64,000 nt of DNA from Candidatus Poribacteria bacterium. GTDB taxonomy: Bacteria; Poribacteria; WGA-4E; JAJDTR01. The stretch is from contig JAPPIK010000006.1 of NCBI GenBank assembly GCA_028820655.1, positions 303,154 through 367,153 of the forward strand, given 5' to 3'. Numbering within the stretch: position 1 is the stretch's first letter; the number at the start of each line of letters is the position of its first letter. Under the pieces are notes generated by a model. That model saw only the letters and a program-made list of their open reading frames with translations, had not been told where the DNA came from and ran no database searches. Of this stretch, positions 44,669 through 53,904 are shown piece after piece. The translations under genes and the position numbers were made by a program.

Positions 44669-46771
44669 TTAGTTGCCGACCAACATTTTGCGCGTGGCGG
44701 TGAAATCTCCCGCAGACAGCGTGTAGAAATAGACGCCGTTCGCCACAGGTTCTCCCAGTTCATTCCGCCCGTCCCAATATGCGGCGCTGTGCGTGTTTTG
44801 ATACATCCCGGCGGGTTGATGGCCTACTGTCAGTGAGCGAACTGCTCGCCCCTTCAAATCATATATCGCCAGCGTCACATCTGCCGGTTTCTTCAACTGA
44901 TACGGTATCCATGTCTCCGGATTAAACGGATTCGGGTAGTTTGGCAGAAGCGCCGATTCCAGCGGCGTTAAATTCGTTGGCGGCGGTAAAAGTTTGGGTG
45001 TGTGCATAATGCCATCAGCCGCCGTGTACTTGATATCGCCCCATGTAGTAAAACGCCTGAATTCCCATAGCAAAATCGTGCTGTCCCAACTCCCACTAAC
45101 CAGCGTGTTACCGTCGGAGGAGAATGCTAGAGACGTGACGGCATTCATGTGACCTTCAAGTGTATGTATGTTTTTACCGGTGCGTGCATCCCAAATTCGA
45201 ATCGTATTGTCGTAACTCCCACTGGCGAGTATGGGGACTCCGGGGTAGAATGAAACACTGGAAACCCCATCCGTATGTCCCTCCAGTGAATGCAGATGGT
45301 CGCCCGTACGGGCGTCCCAAATCCGAATTGTATTATCGTCGCTTCCACTAAATGGCCAACGTCCGCTGCTGCAGCTTGCCAGCAGTTTTCCGTCATGCGA
45401 GAACGCGACGGTAACAATCTCATCCATTTGACTGGAAAGCGCTCGAATGTGTTCCCCGGTGCGTGCATCCCATAGACGAACCGTTTTGTCCCTGCCCCCG
45501 CTGGCAAGCGTCAAACCGTCAGGGGAGAAAGCCACGGAAGTCACCCCGCCCTTGTGCGCAAAAAAAAGCCGCTTGTTTTCGCGAGCACGGACATCCCACA
45601 GTCCAATCGAGGTGTTGCTACTCCCGCTGGCGAGCGTGGCTCCGTCGGGAGAGAACGCGATAGAATCGACGCTCGAAGAGTGTCCCCCAAAGTCCGGGTA
45701 GCGGAACACGCCGGTGCGCGCCTCCCACGACCGAATTCTTCCACCTTCGGCCCAGACGAGTGTGCTTCCATCGGGGGAAAACGCCATGGACGACACGGAA
45801 GTCGCAAAAGTCTCGGGCCTGCCGAGCAGTTCGCCGGTGCGGGCGTCCCACAGACGAACCGTACTGTCATAGCTCCCGGCGCTCACGATGGTGTGTCCGT
45901 CACGTGAAATAGCGACATGTATGTCTCTTATGTTATTTCCAGCGCTCCAGTGACCTGTAAGGTAGTATAAAAACGCCCCGGTGCGAGCGTCCCAAAATTG
46001 AATCTCACTTTCGTCACCCCACCATGTGTGCCAACGCCCCAGTGCAATGACAAGCGTGGAACCGTCGGGGGAAAAAGTGGCGGCTTTTATCTTTTCCAAT
46101 TCGCCTTTAAAGGACGGTACGACATCCGTGACACGGAGGTTCGGTTTCCTGTCTGACGCGAATACGATAGAACTTAGCCAATGCCGGCGATGTTCAGCAG
46201 AAAGAGTAAATGCGGTTTCCCCGGTATCGGCATCCCGCAGGCGAACCTCGTTGTTCCTACTCCCTAGCTGAAGGCCTTCAAGCGTTTGCAGGGCTTCACC
46301 GGTGCTTACATCCCAAAGTTGTATTATCTTGTCCCTGCTCTTACTTGCAAGTTTAGAGCCGTCGGGCGAGAAGGCTATGGCGTCGATACTAGCTGTGTGC
46401 CCCGCAAGGGTGCGGGTGACTTTCCATGTGAGGACATCCCACAGACGAACCGTTCTGTCCCGGCTTCCGCTGGCAAGCCGAGATCCATCGGGTGAGAATG
46501 CTACGCAACCAACCGCCTCCGCATGCCCGACAAGCAGCTTGATTTCAGCCCCGGTCCCCACATCGTACAGCCAGACACCGGGGTAGCACGGCACCGCCAA
46601 CACGGTTCCTTCCGGAGAGAACGCAACATCGCCTGATATCCAACCTTTACCGAGCCGCATCTTTGCGCCCTCCGGCAAGCCCCACCGGGTATAGTCTTGG
46701 GCGATACCATGTTGTGAAAACAGAACGGTAACCAGCCAAAAACCGAACGTGAACAACTGCGACATTTTCAT
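44669..46771 (-). CDS. secreted WD40 double-propeller protein with T9SS/FlgD-Ig-like CTD (member E, subfamily I)
   Basis: MKMSQLFTFGFWLVTVLFSQHGIA, QDYTRWGLPEGAKMRLGKG. Colinear with member A, including the degenerate middle (EGLQLGSRNNEVRLRDADTGETAFTL). CTD LLPNYPNPFNPETWIPYQLKKPADVTLAIYDLKGRAVRSL. Confidence 0.9.
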   Translation of the reverse strand: MKMSQLFTFGFWLVTVLFSQHGIAQDYTRWGLPEGAKMRLGKGWISGDVAFSPEGTVLAVPCYPGVWLYDVGTGAEIKLLVGHAEAVGCVAFSPDGSRLASGSRDRTVRLWDVLTWKVTRTLAGHTASIDAIAFSPDGSKLASKSRDKIIQLWDVSTGEALQTLEGLQLGSRNNEVRLRDADTGETAFTLSAEHRRHWLSSIVFASDRKPNLRVTDVVPSFKGELEKIKAATFSPDGSTLVIALGRWHTWWGDESEIQFWDARTGAFLYYLTGHWSAGNNIRDIHVAISRDGHTIVSAGSYDSTVRLWDARTGELLGRPETFATSVSSMAFSPDGSTLVWAEGGRIRSWEARTGVFRYPDFGGHSSSVDSIAFSPDGATLASGSSNTSIGLWDVRARENKRLFFAHKGGVTSVAFSPDGLTLASGGRDKTVRLWDARTGEHIRALSSQMDEIVTVAFSHDGKLLASCSSGRWPFSGSDDNTIRIWDARTGDHLHSLEGHTDGVSSVSFYPGVPILASGSYDNTIRIWDARTGKNIHTLEGHMNAVTSLAFSSDGNTLVSGSWDSTILLWEFRRFTTWGDIKYTAADGIMHTPKLLPPPTNLTPLESALLPNYPNPFNPETWIPYQLKKPADVTLAIYDLKGRAVRSLTVGHQPAGMYQNTHSAAYWDGRNELGEPVANGVYFYTLSAGDFTATRKMLVGN

Positions 46772-46803
46772 CTGATGATTACCTTTTGCCGCGAATTTGA
46801 ATC

Positions 46804-49101
46804 TTACTTGCCAACCAACATCTTTCGCGTGGCGGAATAATCGCCCGCGGACAGTGTGTAGAAATAGACGCCGTTTGCCACCGTCTCGCCCAGCTCATTC
46901 CGTCCGTTCCAATACGCCGCTTGCGCCCGACTCCGATAGGCGCCCGCTGATTGTTGTCCCAATACCAGCGTCCGAACTACCTCCCCATTCATGTCATAGA
47001 TTGCCAACACTACGTCCGCCGGTTTCGCCAACCGGTACGGTATCCACGTCTCCGGATTGAAGGGGTTAGGGTAGTTTGGCAGCAGCGCCGATTCAATCGG
47101 GACAATGGGAGCGGCTGACGGTGAAAGCTGTACCGTCTGCTTAGCCGCATCGACAAACGCCGGTCGTTTTATGCCGCCCCAAGTTGTGGGCTGCCTCACA
47201 TCCCACAGGTGAACCGTGCCGTCTTCGCTCACGCTAGCCAGGGTTGAACCGTCTGGCGAGAAAACCACGCTGGTGACCTCCAGCCAGTTCCAGTTAAAGG
47301 TCTTCCTGATTCCCCCGCTATGCACATCCCGCAATCGAATCGCGGCGTCTCGGCTCCCGCTGGCAACCATGTCCCCGCGGCGGGAGAACGCAATAGCGCT
47401 GACATCATCCATATTGTAATCAAGGATGCGCAGATTTTTCCCGGCGTGCACATCCCACAATCGTATCGTATTGTCTCGACTCCCGCTGGCAATCATGGAA
47501 CCGTCCGACAGAAACAGTACGGAAATGACATCGTCTGTATGTCCCTGAAGCGTCCCCAAGTTTTCTCCCGTACGCACGTCCCACAAACGAATCGTGTCGT
47601 CCAGGCTTCCACTGGCAAGTGTAAATCCGCTCTGAGAAAATGCTATGGACGAAACCGCGTTCACATGCCGTCCGAGCGTATGTACTCTATTTCCCGTGCG
47701 CACATCCCACACCCGAATTGTGTTGTCCCAACCGCCGCTGGCGAGCGTGCGCCCGTCGGGGGAGAACGCCACCGAATACACCTTACCGGCATGCGCCTCA
47801 AGCGTATGTTGCCCTTCTCCGGAGCGGATATCCCACAGCCGAACCGTCCCGTCGAATTGTCCGCCACCGCTGGCAAGGGTATTCCCATCAGGGGAAAACG
47901 CCACACAACTCACTCCGTGCGTATGTCCCTCAAGTGTTCGCTTGTGCTCCAAAGTTCGCGCATTCCACACGCGAATCGTGCCGTCACCGCTGCTGTGTGC
48001 AAAGAGATGTCCTTCGAGCGAAAATGCAACAGAGCTTTCCACGTACGAATTTCCGTCACGATACCCCTTAACGGTATGCTTGTGTTCCCGATTGCGCACG
48101 TCCCAAAAACGAAGCGTACCATCCTCACTTGCGCTGACAAGCGTGAGCCCGTCGGGCGAGATCGCGATTGAAGTCACCGTACCGGTATGTCCCGTTAGCG
48201 TCCCAATGTGTTCTCCTGTGCGCCAATTCCACACACGTATTGTCTCGTCCCGACTCCCGCTGCAAAGTACCTGTCCGTCCGGGGAGAACGCTACCGAAGT
48301 TACTACGCTCACATGCCCCTCAATCGCCTGCAGGTGCTCACCCGTGCGCGCATCCCACAAACGCACCGTGGGGTCAGCCCAATCGCCGGCGCTGGCAAGG
48401 GTTGAACCGTCTGGCGAGAACGCCAACCAATTGGCTTCATCCGAATGCCCCTCAAGCGTATGCAAGCGCTCGCCCGTGTGCGCATTCCATAAATGTACCG
48501 TGTTATCATTCCAACCGTCAGCGCTGGCAAGGGTTGAACCGTCAGGCGAGAACGCCACCGCATTCACCGAGATTCTGTGTCCTTCAAACGCGTCCAGGTA
48601 CCCACCCGTACCGACATCCCACAAACTTATTGAGTCGTCATGCTCTGAGCCGATACGATTTCCGCTAGCGAGGGTAGAGCCGTCGGGGGAAAACGCCAGG
48701 CAAGTTATATACAGCGCATTGACTTCGATCGTTCGCCGGTGCTCACCCGTGTAGGCGTCCCACAGACGCATTGTAGGGTCGTCCCTGCCTCGTCCGCCGC
48801 TTGCAAGCGTGGCGCCGTCCGGAGAAAACGCGACGGAACCGACCCGCGCCGTGTGCCCGCTGAGCAGGCCGAGTTCGGCGCCGGTATTGGCGTCATAAAT
48901 CCAAATACCGGCAGTGCTCGCGATCGCGAACCGAGTCCCGTCGGGTGAATAGGATATATTACTGGTTATCTCGCCCTTCCCGAGGCGCATTTTCGCACCT
49001 GTGGGCAGTCCCCATCGCGTATAATCTTGTGCGAAACTGCTAGGTGCAAACAGAACAGCAGCGAGCAACAAGAAGAATATGAACCCCCATTCACTTTTCA
49101 T
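46804..49101 (-). CDS. secreted WD40 double-propeller protein with T9SS/FlgD-Ig-like CTD (member F, subfamily III)
   Basis: Start taken at MKSEWGFIFFLLLAAVLFAPSSFA, whose ATG forms an ATGA overlap with the stop of member G. Box QDYTRWGLPTGAKMRLGKG, about 14 WD units, CTD LLPNYPNPFNPETWIPYRLAKPADVVLAIYDMNGEVVRTL. Confidence 0.9.
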   Translation of the reverse strand: MKSEWGFIFFLLLAAVLFAPSSFAQDYTRWGLPTGAKMRLGKGEITSNISYSPDGTRFAIASTAGIWIYDANTGAELGLLSGHTARVGSVAFSPDGATLASGGRGRDDPTMRLWDAYTGEHRRTIEVNALYITCLAFSPDGSTLASGNRIGSEHDDSISLWDVGTGGYLDAFEGHRISVNAVAFSPDGSTLASADGWNDNTVHLWNAHTGERLHTLEGHSDEANWLAFSPDGSTLASAGDWADPTVRLWDARTGEHLQAIEGHVSVVTSVAFSPDGQVLCSGSRDETIRVWNWRTGEHIGTLTGHTGTVTSIAISPDGLTLVSASEDGTLRFWDVRNREHKHTVKGYRDGNSYVESSVAFSLEGHLFAHSSGDGTIRVWNARTLEHKRTLEGHTHGVSCVAFSPDGNTLASGGGQFDGTVRLWDIRSGEGQHTLEAHAGKVYSVAFSPDGRTLASGGWDNTIRVWDVRTGNRVHTLGRHVNAVSSIAFSQSGFTLASGSLDDTIRLWDVRTGENLGTLQGHTDDVISVLFLSDGSMIASGSRDNTIRLWDVHAGKNLRILDYNMDDVSAIAFSRRGDMVASGSRDAAIRLRDVHSGGIRKTFNWNWLEVTSVVFSPDGSTLASVSEDGTVHLWDVRQPTTWGGIKRPAFVDAAKQTVQLSPSAAPIVPIESALLPNYPNPFNPETWIPYRLAKPADVVLAIYDMNGEVVRTLVLGQQSAGAYRSRAQAAYWNGRNELGETVANGVYFYTLSAGDYSATRKMLVGK

Positions 49102-51476
49102 GCGGTTGTTCTTCCCGCGATGAGGCTCTCTTCGCACCGTTTTCTCCTTTTTCGCCGGGCTGGCAGAGTCGCCGCTAATTTCACAAGATTCATGCGGCGT
49201 GTGCTTCGAGATTCCCCCGCCTGCAACGTGTAAAAATACAGACCGCTCGAAACCGACTCGCCCGCATCATTCCGCCCATCCCAATAGGCGGCTTGAGACC
49301 GAGAAAGATAATCGCCCTCGGGCTTTTCGCCGAGGTTTAGGGTCCGCACCTGACGACCCGACGCATCGTGAATTCGAATGTCTACATGGGCTAACTCGCT
49401 CAGTCGATACGGAATCCATGTTTCCGGGTTGAACGGGTTGGGGAAGTTCGGCAACAGCGCAGTCTTCTTAATCTGTCCCAAGAAAACCGGTTTGGGAAGA
49501 AGGAGTGCAGTGACATCCCAAATCTGCGGCGACGGATATGTGAAACGATTGAGGAGCGCCGATCCGTCCTGGGTCACATCCCAATATTCAGGCAGGCTTG
49601 GGTGTTCAAGCGGTTGGTTGGCGCGCCAATTCCAAATCTGCAGACCATCCTTTCCGTTCACAAAAAGATAGCGTCCGTCTGCGGTGAAATGTGCAGGACC
49701 TCCGTCTGTAATCCAAAATATCCGTTCCGCAGAATGTTTCTCGAGTCGCCATCCCACAACTGATCGGTACGATGCAAATACCAGCATCGGAGGAGTCGCA
49801 TGCGGATGAAATACGAGGTTCGCGCCATAGGTATAATGCAGGGGCATTGCCGGAATCCACGCATAGCGATAACTATACCCGTTTTCGCCCTGTTCCCACA
49901 GGTGTAATCGGGTGTGCTGGTCCGATGCGGCAAGATAACGGTCGTCTTCACTGAACGCAATGAAGAATCCCGGGTTGATTCCTAGCAACTCGCGCCGGTG
50001 CGGTCGATCAACGTCTACTACGATCATTGCGTTATTTCGATAAGCCGCCGTCGCAATGCGGTTTCCGCGGTTACTAAACGTAAGCCCCAGCGCCGCCATA
50101 GCGTCGGGAAGATACGTCTGCAGTTCACCGGTATGTATATCCCGAACTTCCGTGCCGTCTGCGTGCAACCCTACCGCGAATCGACGACTATCCGCAGAGA
50201 TGGCTAACGTCATTCGATAGTTCTGTGCCCCCTCGAATACAGTTTTCCGCAACGAGCCCGATGGCACATCCCAAATTTTAATCAACGTGTCATTTACCTC
50301 CACGAGCGATCTGCCGTCCGGGCTGAGCTTACTCCAACCACCGCCGCCGTAATCTGCCCATAGTCTTAACTGTCGATTCTGTTTCATGTCCCAAAGAACG
50401 GCAACTTGACCGTGATACTGAAGAATCGCACGGCTTTCATCGGGAGATATTGAGACGTGGCTGAGGGCGGCCGGTTCCGCACGGATTTCGTTAATCAACG
50501 CGCCTGTCTCAACGTCCCAGACGCGCAGTCGGTCATTGAACGAATTCGTATATGCCGGAGACGGCGTCCTGGTCCCCACGTACAGCCGTCGGCTGTCTCG
50601 GCTGAAAAAGAGTTCGAACACTTCACCCGCATGGCGAGCTTGGACATCCCCATTCCGCAACGTTCCCACCAGTTGCCGCGTACCGGCTTTCCACAGGTAG
50701 ACCTTCGTCGACTCCACCTCGGTCGTGGCAATCCACTGTCCATCGGGGCTGTAGACGACCTTGGTCACCCAGCCGTCATGACCTTCCAAATGCCCGGCAA
50801 GCTTTCGTGTCTCAAGATCCCAAATCTCGGCATCCGGACGTATCGATCCGACCGCAAGAAATCGATCGTCGGGACTGAAGGCTATGGAGAAGACGAACGG
50901 CGGCCGGTCATTGCACCTCGAACTGCTCCAGCCACCGCCAGATCGATGATAACACTCAAGGATAGGTCTCCTCTTGTCTTCCAACCGGCCAACCCATTCT
51001 CCCATCTCCCAATCCAGCAAGAAAATCTCGTCTGTCCCGCCATTTATCGCGAGGAGCGGCTGTTTCCCGCCGAACGCAACGAGAAACGGATAATCCAACA
51101 CACCTCCCGACCATGATCGGACAGATTCAAATTCCCATTCGCCGAGTTTCTTTTGTTCGTTTATGTTCCAGAGTTCGACCATGTCTCTTCTCTTGATAGC
51201 AAGCTGCCTCCCATCCGGACTGACTGTCACGAACCTGAAGAACTCCGAGCTACCCGCGAAGTTCGCCAACACCGCGTCGTTGTCCGGATCCACGATCTCC
51301 ATATGCTTTGACCTCACGCGAAGCATATTGCCGTCCGGTAGGAACCTGAGTTGGCGAATTCCCTCTTTCCCAATCGTTCCAACCGGCTCCATCGCCGCCG
51401 CTTCAGCAAGTATGGAAAACCACGAAAAGAATACGACGATAGATGTTCTCATTTTTGTGTCCGAGATAACGTGCAT
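49098..51476 (-). CDS. secreted divergent beta-propeller (WD40-like) protein with the same T9SS/FlgD-Ig-like CTD (member G)
   Basis: Signal-like MRTSIVVFFSWFSILAEAAA (alternative start 51452). Repeats are much less canonical (e.g. FSIAFSPDDRFLAVGSIRPDAEIWDLETRK). CTD LLPNFPNPFNPETWIPYRLSELAHVDIRIHDASGRQVRTL...AAYWDGRNDAGESVSSGLYFYTL, followed by an extra basic tail LAATLPARRKRRKRCEES... Confidence 0.8.
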   Translation of the reverse strand: MHVISDTKMRTSIVVFFSWFSILAEAAAMEPVGTIGKEGIRQLRFLPDGNMLRVRSKHMEIVDPDNDAVLANFAGSSEFFRFVTVSPDGRQLAIKRRDMVELWNINEQKKLGEWEFESVRSWSGGVLDYPFLVAFGGKQPLLAINGGTDEIFLLDWEMGEWVGRLEDKRRPILECYHRSGGGWSSSRCNDRPPFVFSIAFSPDDRFLAVGSIRPDAEIWDLETRKLAGHLEGHDGWVTKVVYSPDGQWIATTEVESTKVYLWKAGTRQLVGTLRNGDVQARHAGEVFELFFSRDSRRLYVGTRTPSPAYTNSFNDRLRVWDVETGALINEIRAEPAALSHVSISPDESRAILQYHGQVAVLWDMKQNRQLRLWADYGGGGWSKLSPDGRSLVEVNDTLIKIWDVPSGSLRKTVFEGAQNYRMTLAISADSRRFAVGLHADGTEVRDIHTGELQTYLPDAMAALGLTFSNRGNRIATAAYRNNAMIVVDVDRPHRRELLGINPGFFIAFSEDDRYLAASDQHTRLHLWEQGENGYSYRYAWIPAMPLHYTYGANLVFHPHATPPMLVFASYRSVVGWRLEKHSAERIFWITDGGPAHFTADGRYLFVNGKDGLQIWNWRANQPLEHPSLPEYWDVTQDGSALLNRFTYPSPQIWDVTALLLPKPVFLGQIKKTALLPNFPNPFNPETWIPYRLSELAHVDIRIHDASGRQVRTLNLGEKPEGDYLSRSQAAYWDGRNDAGESVSSGLYFYTLQAGESRSTRRMNLVKLAATLPARRKRRKRCEESLIAGRTTA

Positions 51477-52095
51477 GGTTTTTCGTTATACCTGCGCAAA
51501 TGCTATGCCAAGCGCAAATATCGTGGAGAAACCTGTCATTACGTAGACTTCTTGCGCGATGCGGCGCATTTGCGGGGTTCAGACAGTTCAGTTTTTGGAC
51601 AGGATTGTTCAGAAATGGGGACTCGGTTAGCTCGTTTCTGTGCATGTGTAGAATTTAGCGACCGATTTACCTTCCATACTGTTCTCCACTGTTTCACGTT
51701 TACCTTCTCCTTAGCGCACTTTTTGAGGTCAAATCCTCCCCGCTGACCACTGGTCGCGGACGCTGCTTTCCCCTTCAATTGCACTTGATCTTATTCGGAT
51801 TTTGTTGTATACTCCCTTCAAACGCTGTTTCACACGATATCTCCTCGAAGGTCGACAGGTAAATCCGACAATCCTCCCGTGCAGCAGGCAAGGTATTGTC
51901 CTAACCGCCGTATTCGCATAAAGCCGCGCGCTGGGTGATTAGAACACGCTGTGAAATGGCTCAAATACATAAGGATTTCTATGAATATCCGATTGCTCTT
52001 GAGTCGCTGATGTTGTCGTCATGCGTTCAATTGTCTCTGAACACGATTCACGCGCATGACAGCGATTCAAACATTCAAATTGGAGGGTCGAGACG

Positions 52096-53166
52096 ATGTC
52101 AAAAATTCGCGTCGCTATTGTTGGTCTCGGAAACTGTGCATCTTCGTTGATTCAAGGAGTTCATTACTATCGGGACGCCAAAGACGATGACTTCGTGCCC
52201 GGTCTCATGCACGTAAACGTGGGCGACTATCACGTAAGCGATATCGAGATTGTGGCGGCGTTTGATGTGGATAGCAATAAAGTTGGCAGGGATGTCGCCG
52301 AGGCGATTTGGGTCGAACCGAACAACACCATCAAATTCTCGGATGTGCCGGAGACTGGAGTGACCGTCCACCGCGGACCGACCATGGACGGATTCGCCAA
52401 GTATTACCGTGAAACCGTGGAAGAATCATCTGCGGAAGCCGCCGACGTGGCTGCGGTGTTACGCGAAAGCCAGACTGACGTCCTAATAAACTACCTGCCC
52501 GTCGGCAGCGAAGAAGCGACCAAATGGTATATGACGCAGGCATTGGACGCAGGGTGCGGCGTCGTCAATTGCATGCCGGTTTTCATCGCTAAAAACGATC
52601 AGTGGCGTGCCAAGTTTGAGTCTGCGGGACTGCCCATTGTTGGAGACGACATTAAGGCGCAATTCGGCGCGACGATTGTTCATCGGGCGCTGACAAAACT
52701 GATGAGCGACCGCGGTTTGAAAGTTGACCGCACCTCTCAGCTCAACGTGGGCGGGAACATGGACTTCAAGAATATGCTGGAGAAAGAACGGTTGGAGTCC
52801 AAGCGAATCTCAAAGACCGACGCCGTCGTCTCTCAACTCAACCACGACATTTCGCCAAAGAACGTGTACATAGGTCCGAGCGACTATGTGCCGTGGCTTG
52901 ACGATCGAAAGTGGTGCTATCTCCATCTGGAAGGGACCGAATTTGGTGACATTCCGGTAAGGGTTGAGTTGAAACTGGAAGTCTGGGATTCGCCAAACTC
53001 GGCTGGTGTGTCGATTGATGCTATCCGATGCTGCAAGATTGCACGTGACCGCGGAATCGGCGGGGCGCTCTACGGACCAAGCGCCTACTTCATGAAATCA
53101 CCTCCAAGACAGTATCCCGATTCCGAAGCCAGAGAGATGCTGGAAGCGTTCATCGGAGGACGTTAA
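52096..53166 (+). CDS. ino1: myo-inositol-1-phosphate synthase
   Basis: Long colinear identity with M. tuberculosis Ino1 as I remember it: [51 protein letters not shown]...RG...[59 protein letters not shown] sits before the ATG. Confidence 0.93.
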   Translation: MSKIRVAIVGLGNCASSLIQGVHYYRDAKDDDFVPGLMHVNVGDYHVSDIEIVAAFDVDSNKVGRDVAEAIWVEPNNTIKFSDVPETGVTVHRGPTMDGFAKYYRETVEESSAEAADVAAVLRESQTDVLINYLPVGSEEATKWYMTQALDAGCGVVNCMPVFIAKNDQWRAKFESAGLPIVGDDIKAQFGATIVHRALTKLMSDRGLKVDRTSQLNVGGNMDFKNMLEKERLESKRISKTDAVVSQLNHDISPKNVYIGPSDYVPWLDDRKWCYLHLEGTEFGDIPVRVELKLEVWDSPNSAGVSIDAIRCCKIARDRGIGGALYGPSAYFMKSPPRQYPDSEAREMLEAFIGGR

Positions 53167-53264
53167 ACTGGATCGGAGCTGCAAGATATGAATTGCGCTT
53201 GAATCAAGCCCAATCATCTAGTTTTCAGCCGACATCAATCGCTGACTGTGAGGAGCAAACTTTT

Positions 53265-53615
53265 ATGCCACGTTTCCGTGCCATTCACACGATTGAACTG
53301 AAACCCGATGTTGAAGGGGATTTGTTTGAAGATTTCATGTTGCGCGAGTTTTTGCCCGCGATTCGCTCGTTACCCGGCTGCTTGGGAGTGGAGTTGCTTA
53401 AAGGGTATCAAGGAGAGCTTGACGGCGTGGCGCATGCCGAGTCCGATTACGGTTGGTTGTCGCTTTGGGAAAGTGTAGAAGCCAACAACGCCGCTTGGTC
53501 TAAAGCGGGAACTCACCACACACCCGATCAAATTCAAAAGGTGAATTCCAAACTATATCATTTCGCCGCGAACTATTCGCTGGTGGGTGGATTTACGATT
53601 GCATCAACCGTCTAA
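53265..53615 (+). CDS. small hypothetical protein (possibly dimeric alpha/beta-barrel-like)
   Basis: ATG at 53265 follows GAGGAG. 116 aa, MPRFRAIHTIELKPDVEGDLFEDFMLREFLPAIRSLPGCLGVELLKGY... The fold guess rests on pattern only. Confidence 0.45.
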   Translation: MPRFRAIHTIELKPDVEGDLFEDFMLREFLPAIRSLPGCLGVELLKGYQGELDGVAHAESDYGWLSLWESVEANNAAWSKAGTHHTPDQIQKVNSKLYHFAANYSLVGGFTIASTV

Positions 53616-53627
53616 CGCATTGCTTGA

Positions 53628-53746
53628 GCATCAAGTGAGTGAATGATGAGGTTGATAGAAATCCCATAGAACTCTGATCGTAAATCCCATGCGGGGGAGA
53701 TCCCCCTTCCGACTGACCACGGTTAATATTCTCTATCGCGGGATTT
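53628..53746. repeat. repeat family B copy (degenerate, with inverted partial copy)
   Basis: CATCAAGTGAGTGAATGATGAGGTTGATAGAAATCCCATAGAACTC...GGGGGAGATCCCCC...CTCTATCGCGGGATTT. Confidence 0.55.
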
Positions 53747-53904
53747 GCTGGCGCGCGGGAATACTTATCGCCGCCGTCATTCGCCCGGTTGGTTTATTCG
53801 CTCGCTTAATCTCCTTATCCGGCCCTTAATCGATTCAGAGATCGCTCTTACGCCCAATAGAGACGGTTTTCCTACTCATTATTCAGACAACCGCTTCCTG
53901 CCAG

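Noticed and set aside
34486-51476. Diversity-generating retroelement or invertase-driven phase variation acting on the WD40 array.
   Set aside because: No reverse transcriptase, template repeat, recombinase gene or flanking inverted repeats are visible in the window. Variation is better explained by duplication and recombination.
34444-51546. Dozens of long plus-strand ORFs opposite the WD40 genes (e.g. 47645-48754 at 369 aa, 47320-48171 at 283 aa, 41642-42340, 50457-51116, 39612-40115).
   Set aside because: They are mirror-frame products of the highly periodic WD40 coding sequence, e.g. recurring SPSGENAT opposite VAFSPDG. They are low-complexity, lack start context, and overlap genes with unmistakable domain structure on the other strand.
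51477-52095. Promoter call in the divergent spacer between the WD40 array and ino1 (TTGCAC ... TATACT near 51780-51815).
   Set aside because: The hexamers are 23 nt apart, too far for a sigma70 promoter, and there is no extended -10. Not reported as a feature.
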